DNA from: Myxococcota bacterium
GTDB lineage: Bacteria; Myxococcota_A; UBA796; CAJQPC01
Assembly: GCA_036229005.1 (NCBI GenBank)
Contig: JAZAMN010000004.1
Span: forward strand, 96,001 to 160,000
DNA length: 64,000 nucleotides
Direction of reading: 5' to 3'
This document shows, piece after piece, positions 59,276-64,000 of this stretch (within the stretch, counting starts at the first letter, position 1; every line of letters starts with the position of its first letter). A program made the position numbers and the translations under genes. Under the pieces are notes generated by a model. That model worked only from the letters and a program-made list of their open reading frames with translations. It had not been told where the DNA came from and made no database searches.

Positions 59276-60043
59276 ATGCTCGCGCTCGTCGCCCTCTTTG
59301 CCTGCACCTCTGACCCTGCGGTCGATGACACCTCGACCGCCGACACCTCGACCGCCGACACGGGCGATGAGGTCCTGGAGGTCTGCGAGCAGGCCCAGCG
59401 CTTCTACGCCGGCTGTGAGGGCAGCTCCGTGGACAGCCGGGGCATCAGCGGGACCTACCGCTACGACGACCAGGGGCGCCTTGTGGAGTACAACTCCCAG
59501 GGCCTTGGGTTCGTCTACAGCTACGGCGAGCACGGCATCAGCGAGCTCCGGACCAGCCAGGACGGCGTGCAGACCGGCGTCAGCACCTACGTCTACGAAG
59601 ACGGCCTGCTGGTGGAGATCCAGGGCGACTTTGGCGAGTACCAGGAGCTGCAGACCCGCGCCTACGACGACCAGCGGCGCCTGGTGCGCACCGAATGGGA
59701 CTATGACCACGACGGCAGCGTCGAGCTGGTCGTGGAGCGCGCCTACGTGGAGGGCGGCTACATCGACACCAGCAGCCACGGACCCGTCACCGAGTTCACC
59801 CTGCACGACAGCTTCCCCGACCGCGTGGTCAAGCAGGTCGTCACCATCGACGACGTGGTCCACACCACCACCACCACCGAGTGGCGCGAGGACTGCCAGC
59901 GCGGCAGCGTCCGCGGCGAGCACAAGGACCCGCGCAGCGACTACACCCTGTACTTCGACTATGACGCCGCCAGCCGCGTGGAGCTGGAGGACGGGGTCTC
60001 CGAGAACCCCTGGTCGACGTCCTGGACGTGGAGCTGCGAGTAG
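59276..60043 (+). CDS. Hypothetical lipoprotein with YD-like repeats
   Basis: LFAC lipobox; YRYDDQGRLV, YDDQRRLV, YDAASRV. Confidence 0.7.
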   Translation: MLALVALFACTSDPAVDDTSTADTSTADTGDEVLEVCEQAQRFYAGCEGSSVDSRGISGTYRYDDQGRLVEYNSQGLGFVYSYGEHGISELRTSQDGVQTGVSTYVYEDGLLVEIQGDFGEYQELQTRAYDDQRRLVRTEWDYDHDGSVELVVERAYVEGGYIDTSSHGPVTEFTLHDSFPDRVVKQVVTIDDVVHTTTTTEWREDCQRGSVRGEHKDPRSDYTLYFDYDAASRVELEDGVSENPWSTSWTWSCE

Positions 60044-60069
60044 GGGCCTCGGGGAGGGGGGGCCTGGGC

Positions 60070-60307
60070 GCGCAAGTGGGGGTGAACGCAACGACTCGGC
60101 GCGCAAGTAGGGGTGAACGCAACGGCTGGGCGCGCAAGTTGGGGTGAACGCAACGGCTGGGCGCGCAAGTTGGGGTGAACGCAACGGCTGGGCGCGCAGG
60201 TTGGGGTGAACGCAACGGCTGGGCACGGAAGGACCCGCGATCTCGCTGGAGATGTTGCATTCGGGGGGACTTGCGCCGGCGCTTGTTGCGTTCGCGGGGA
60301 CTTACGC
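60070..60307. repeat. 31-bp-phased opposed repeat element, family A, 5 forward + 2 reverse copies
   Basis: Forward at 60070, 60101, 60132, 60163, 60194; reverse (degenerate) at 60256, 60287. Confidence 0.9.
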
Positions 60308-60331
60308 AGCCCTGGCGGGTACAGTCTGCCC

Positions 60332-61246
60332 ATGCTCCTGCTCGTCGCCCCCGCCATCGCCGGATTCTCGTGGTCCATCGAGGGCAACCCCGACTCCATG
60401 ACCCCCGAGACCTTTCAGGCCGAGGTCGCTGCCGGCGTCGCCATGTGGACCTTGCCCGACAGCGCGTGTGGCAGCGTCCCCTTCTTCGACCCCGAGCCCA
60501 GCGACGGCGGCCAGCTCCAGGTGCGCGTGGTCGACGCCCCCACCACCACCCGCTGTGATGACGCCGGCTGCGTGTTGGAGCTCAGCGCCGAGCAGCCCTG
60601 GGGCACCTTGCAGCAGGCCGTCGCCACCGAGTGCCTCGACGTCCTGCCCACCAGCATCGTCGTCGGCCGCGCTGCCGGCCTGACCTTGGGACTCGAGCCA
60701 TTCGGAGAGGGCGAGCTGCTCACCGACCCAGACCTCCTGAGCGCGCTCATGTACTGGGTGCCCCCTTGCAGTGAAGACGTCACCGCCGGCGCCCACGACC
60801 TGGAGCGCCTGGGCTACCAGCAGCTCCTGCCCACCCTCAGCGTGCCCGGCCGCACCATCGCTCTGGAGGAGGGGGAGACCTTGGCCCTCAGCGTCGTCGG
60901 CCCACCCCTTCACAGCGTCGCCTGGTACGCCAACTCCGAGCTTCTCGGCACCAGCGAGGACATGCTGCTGGGGCCCCTCCACGGCCAGGACCTGGAGCTG
61001 CGCGTGGAGACCACCTACGAGCACGCCCTCTGCGGCCCACTGGACACCGAACTGGAGACCCGCCTGGTACAGCGGGACGCGCCTGCCGAGACCACCGACA
61101 CGGGGCAGGCCCAGGGGCGGGGGTGTTCGACGGTGTCGGGGGGAGGGGTGGTGGTGGTGGTGGTGCTGTTGGTGTTCTGGAGGAGAACCCGCCGTCACTC
61201 GGGTTGCGTAGCTGGGAGGGGAGGGACGCCGACGCTGTGGCGTTGA
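60332..61246 (+). CDS. Exported hypothetical protein with MYXO-CTERM-like C-terminus
   Basis: TACAGT-N6-ATG; MLLLVAPAIA; GCSTVSGGG + hydrophobic run + RRTRR. Confidence 0.65.
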   Translation: MLLLVAPAIAGFSWSIEGNPDSMTPETFQAEVAAGVAMWTLPDSACGSVPFFDPEPSDGGQLQVRVVDAPTTTRCDDAGCVLELSAEQPWGTLQQAVATECLDVLPTSIVVGRAAGLTLGLEPFGEGELLTDPDLLSALMYWVPPCSEDVTAGAHDLERLGYQQLLPTLSVPGRTIALEEGETLALSVVGPPLHSVAWYANSELLGTSEDMLLGPLHGQDLELRVETTYEHALCGPLDTELETRLVQRDAPAETTDTGQAQGRGCSTVSGGGVVVVVVLLVFWRRTRRHSGCVAGRGGTPTLWR

Positions 61247-61436
61247 GCCTTCGCAGGTCCTCGCTGGCGCCGAGGTGGACCCTTGGTGGTGTGGGTTGCA
61301 AGGATCCGGGAGGTGGGGGGATCGGCGCTGATCCCCACCAGCCGCACCTCCTTTGACCCTTGGCGCCTGCGGAATCTTGGAGCCGCCTCCACCGGCGAGG
61401 ACACTGAGGGCACAACTCAAGCCCCTGGGGGGAGAC

Positions 61437-62744
61437 ATGGATCGGATGCAGATGGAGGCGAAGGCGCGGGGAAGGCGCGTGCAGTACATGGTGCTGCAGT
61501 TCCTCCTTGGGGTGCTCGGTGTTCTGGCGCTGTGCGCGGGGATTTGGACGGCGAGCACGGCTCTTGAGGAGGAGCTCGGCGTGAGGAGCCTGGCCTTTGC
61601 CTTGGCGTACGGGGCGGTGCCTTGGGCGCTGGCGGCGACCTTTCTGGCGCCGGTGGTGGGCATTCAGCTCCGGGCGGCGTGGGGCTGGAACGCGGCGCTG
61701 GTGGTCAGCATCCTGCTGGTGACGGTGGCGATTCCGATCGGCTTGTTGGGCCTGATGCTGGTGATGATGGGCGGAGGAAAGGCCGGCTACCTGAAGATGT
61801 GGGAGGTGCTCGGGGGCGGCATGGTTCCCTCGGGCCCCATCAAGCCCATGAAGCCGGCACAGCGACAGGGGCTGTACCAAGGCGTGGCCGTGGTGGTCGG
61901 TCTGGGCATGCTGCTTGGCTGCACCTCGGCCTTTCAGGCGCTGGTCGACCACGGCTGGCCGACCGATGAGCTGGGCTACATCTACTGGGGCCTGGTGACG
62001 CTCACCTGGGGGCTGTTCGAGGGGGCCTGCGCGGCCTTGGTGGTGGTGCTGCTCCGGCGCTGGGGCTGGGGGCTGGGGGTGGCCCTGAGCGGGCTGATGC
62101 TGCTGGTGATCGTCGCCGCTCCGCTGGGGATCCTGGGGCTGTGGGCGCTGCTGGGGAACGGGGGGCGAGAGGGCTTTGAGGGGAAGCTGGACCTGCCGCC
62201 CTCACCTCCTGAGATCGACGCGCCCACGCAGATCCTTCGACCCTTCTCCGCAGCCGAGGCCCCCACGGAGCGCTTTGACGCCGCTCGCCACGCCGCCGTG
62301 CTGGAGGCCACCCAGAAGCCCGCCCCGGAGCCGACCGCTGACCCCCCAGCCGCTACGGAGAGCCCGGACGGCCTGGACCGGGCGGCTGTGGGACTGATGA
62401 TCGCGCAGGCGGTCTTCGCTGGGTTGTTCGTCCTGGTGGGGCTGTTGGGCATGGGAGTCGGCTTTGTGGCGGACCGGATCGGTTCTGGGTTCCAGTGGCA
62501 GGGCTTCGGGGGCCTGGCGTTGGTCGCTCTCCTGGGCGCAGCGCTCTTTGGGGGGCTGGCCAGGGGCATGAAGCGTCGCAAGGGCTGGGCCTGGACGGCG
62601 GGGATGGTACTGCTGCTGCCGCAGCTCCTGGTGGGAAACCTGCTGGTCGCGGTCCCGCTGGTTCACCTGCTCCGCCCCAAGGGGCGCAAGGAGTACGGGG
62701 TGGATTGGGAGGCGCCCGCCTGGTTCGACCACGCGCTGAGCTGA
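61437..62744 (+). CDS. Multi-pass membrane protein with internally repeated TM modules
   Basis: RBS GGAG; three similar helix bundles each containing a W(G/A)W motif. Confidence 0.7.
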   Translation: MDRMQMEAKARGRRVQYMVLQFLLGVLGVLALCAGIWTASTALEEELGVRSLAFALAYGAVPWALAATFLAPVVGIQLRAAWGWNAALVVSILLVTVAIPIGLLGLMLVMMGGGKAGYLKMWEVLGGGMVPSGPIKPMKPAQRQGLYQGVAVVVGLGMLLGCTSAFQALVDHGWPTDELGYIYWGLVTLTWGLFEGACAALVVVLLRRWGWGLGVALSGLMLLVIVAAPLGILGLWALLGNGGREGFEGKLDLPPSPPEIDAPTQILRPFSAAEAPTERFDAARHAAVLEATQKPAPEPTADPPAATESPDGLDRAAVGLMIAQAVFAGLFVLVGLLGMGVGFVADRIGSGFQWQGFGGLALVALLGAALFGGLARGMKRRKGWAWTAGMVLLLPQLLVGNLLVAVPLVHLLRPKGRKEYGVDWEAPAWFDHALS

Positions 62745-62746
62745 AC

Positions 62747-63442
62747 TCAGCGGGGGGGCAGCTCGATTGTGAGCAGCCCCTCTTGGTCCTCCAGGCTGGC
62801 CAGCAGGCTGCCGTTCGGGCCCCAGACGGCGCTGCGGCCGGCGCAGACAAAGTCCTCGGTGGGGCCGACCGCGTTGACCGCGAGCACGAAGATCCCTCCC
62901 CGTTGAGCCAACTCCGCGTAGTGAGCCCAGGCACGCTCCATGCCCGCGCGGTCCTTGGCGAGGCTGACCAGCAAGACGCTGGCGCCGCGGTCGAGCGCGG
63001 CCTGGTTGTGGTCGGGCTGCATGGACTCGAAGCAGATCGCGGGGGCCAGGTGGTGTCCGCCAAGGACCAGGTCCAAGCTCCGCTCTCCGGGGACGAAGCG
63101 CGCGCTCTCGTCGGCGTGCAGGAGCTGCTTGGCGTAGCTGCGGGGCGGCGTGTTTGGGGAGAGCAGCACCTGGGCGATCTCGACGCCGGCTGGGGCCTGG
63201 AGGGGGACCCCGACGCTCAGGTGCATGTCGGCGCCGTCGGCGGCGAGCTGGAGCACGCCGAGGCCCCGGTGTTCCAGGGGCATGGGGTGCGCGCTGGCGT
63301 AGCGGGGGTTGTAGCCGCAGAAGGAGAGCTCGGGGAAGAGCAGCAGGTCGGCGTCCACGGCCTCGGCGCTGCGGAACATGGAGATGTGCCGCAGGGCACC
63401 GGCTCTGGGCGCGCAGCGGAGCTGGCCCAGGGCGATGCGCAG
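62747..63442 (-). CDS. Carbon-nitrogen hydrolase (nitrilase family); start codon uncertain
   Basis: RIALGQ, LLLFPELS (E), YAKQLL (K), AICFES (C), NAVG, GRS. Confidence 0.8.
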   Translation of the reverse strand: MRIALGQLRCAPRAGALRHISMFRSAEAVDADLLLFPELSFCGYNPRYASAHPMPLEHRGLGVLQLAADGADMHLSVGVPLQAPAGVEIAQVLLSPNTPPRSYAKQLLHADESARFVPGERSLDLVLGGHHLAPAICFESMQPDHNQAALDRGASVLLVSLAKDRAGMERAWAHYAELAQRGGIFVLAVNAVGPTEDFVCAGRSAVWGPNGSLLASLEDQEGLLTIELPPR

Positions 63443-63449
63443 GCCGCGC

Positions 63450-64000
63450 TCAGAGATCGAGCACCTGGGCCATGGTGTAGGTGCCGGGCTCTTGGTCGGC
63501 GAGCCAGCGGGCTGCGCGCACGGCTCCCTTGGCAAAGGCCATGCGGCTGGTGGCCAGGTGTCCGAGCTGGACGCGCTCGCCGGGCCCCGCCAGGTAGACG
63601 GTGTGCTCGCCGGCTACGTCTCCTCCGCGCAGGGCGTGCATGCCGATCTCCTGGGCGGTGCGAGTGCCAGTGTGGCCCTGGCGGCCGTGCCGGATCTGCT
63701 GCTCCAGCTCCACGCCTCGGGCCTTTGCGGCGTACTCCGCGAGGGAGATGGCGCTGCCGGAGGGGGCGTCCTTCTTGAAGCCGTGGTGCATCTCCACGAC
63801 CTCCAGGTGGTAGTCGGGCAGGGCTCGGGCGGCCTGGGCGACCAGGTCGAAGAGCAGGTTCATCCCCGAGGAGAAGTTGCTGGCGTGCAAGAGGGGCCCG
63901 CGGGTGCCCCAGGCGCGAAGTGCACGGAGCTGCTGGGCGTCCAGGCCGGTGCTGCCGGTGACCAGGGCCTGGCCGGGCTGCAGGTGCTCGACGAGGCAGA
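63450..64000 (-). CDS. dapB: 4-hydroxy-tetrahydrodipicolinate reductase, 5' part outside window
   Basis: GSTG, ASNFSSG, EMHHGFKKDAPSG, LRGGDVAGEHTV, FAKGAVRAA. Confidence 0.93.
   Translation of the reverse strand, partial: CLVEHLQPGQALVTGSTGLDAQQLRALRAWGTRGPLLHASNFSSGMNLLFDLVAQAARALPDYHLEVVEMHHGFKKDAPSGSAISLAEYAAKARGVELEQQIRHGRQGHTGTRTAQEIGMHALRGGDVAGEHTVYLAGPGERVQLGHLATSRMAFAKGAVRAARWLADQEPGTYTMAQVLDL

Noticed and set aside
59276..60043. Rhs/YD polymorphic toxin
   Set aside because: Only 255 aa with a few YD-like motifs; no Rhs core, toxin tip or immunity gene.
1..64000. tRNA, rRNA, prophage or anti-phage defence genes
   Set aside because: No cloverleaf, rRNA-like tract or recognisable phage/defence protein motif seen by eye; a covariance or HMM search could still find something missed.

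Overview
A very GC-rich, gene-dense bacterial chromosome segment. The gene repertoire suggests a Myxococcota/deltaproteobacteria-like lineage (inference): PEGA-domain Ser/Thr kinase, TonB-fused receptor plus lipoprotein, MYXO-CTERM-like tails and many lipoproteins. It carries about 58 CDSs. Housekeeping genes include ruvCAB, lpxC, dapB, dusA, trhO, trmO, queD, msrB and cysH. There are also TetR/LysR modules with flavin monooxygenases and hydrolases, signalling proteins, and three radical SAM genes (one B12-dependent, one SPASM, one fused to a Cys-less copy of the second). No rRNA, tRNA, CRISPR array or cas gene was seen. The most striking unannotated structures are: (1) an intact IS110 whose upstream non-coding end holds a readable bridge RNA, with guides matching its own donor junction and its insertion site between two converging stop codons; (2) a stand-alone promoter-RBS-15-codon ORF-terminator unit encoding MKWRPSPRPKPGPKK, divergent from a methyltransferase/B12-radical-SAM pair; (3) three intergenic elements of opposed, exactly 31-bp-phased bipartite motifs, from two sequence families; (4) a ~1.5-kb array of ~288-bp hairpin-rich units; (5) repeated TANNNT-N6-start leaderless promoters and ultra-short signal peptides that mostly lack a charged n-region. 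Product calls rest on motifs read by eye; no database search was run.
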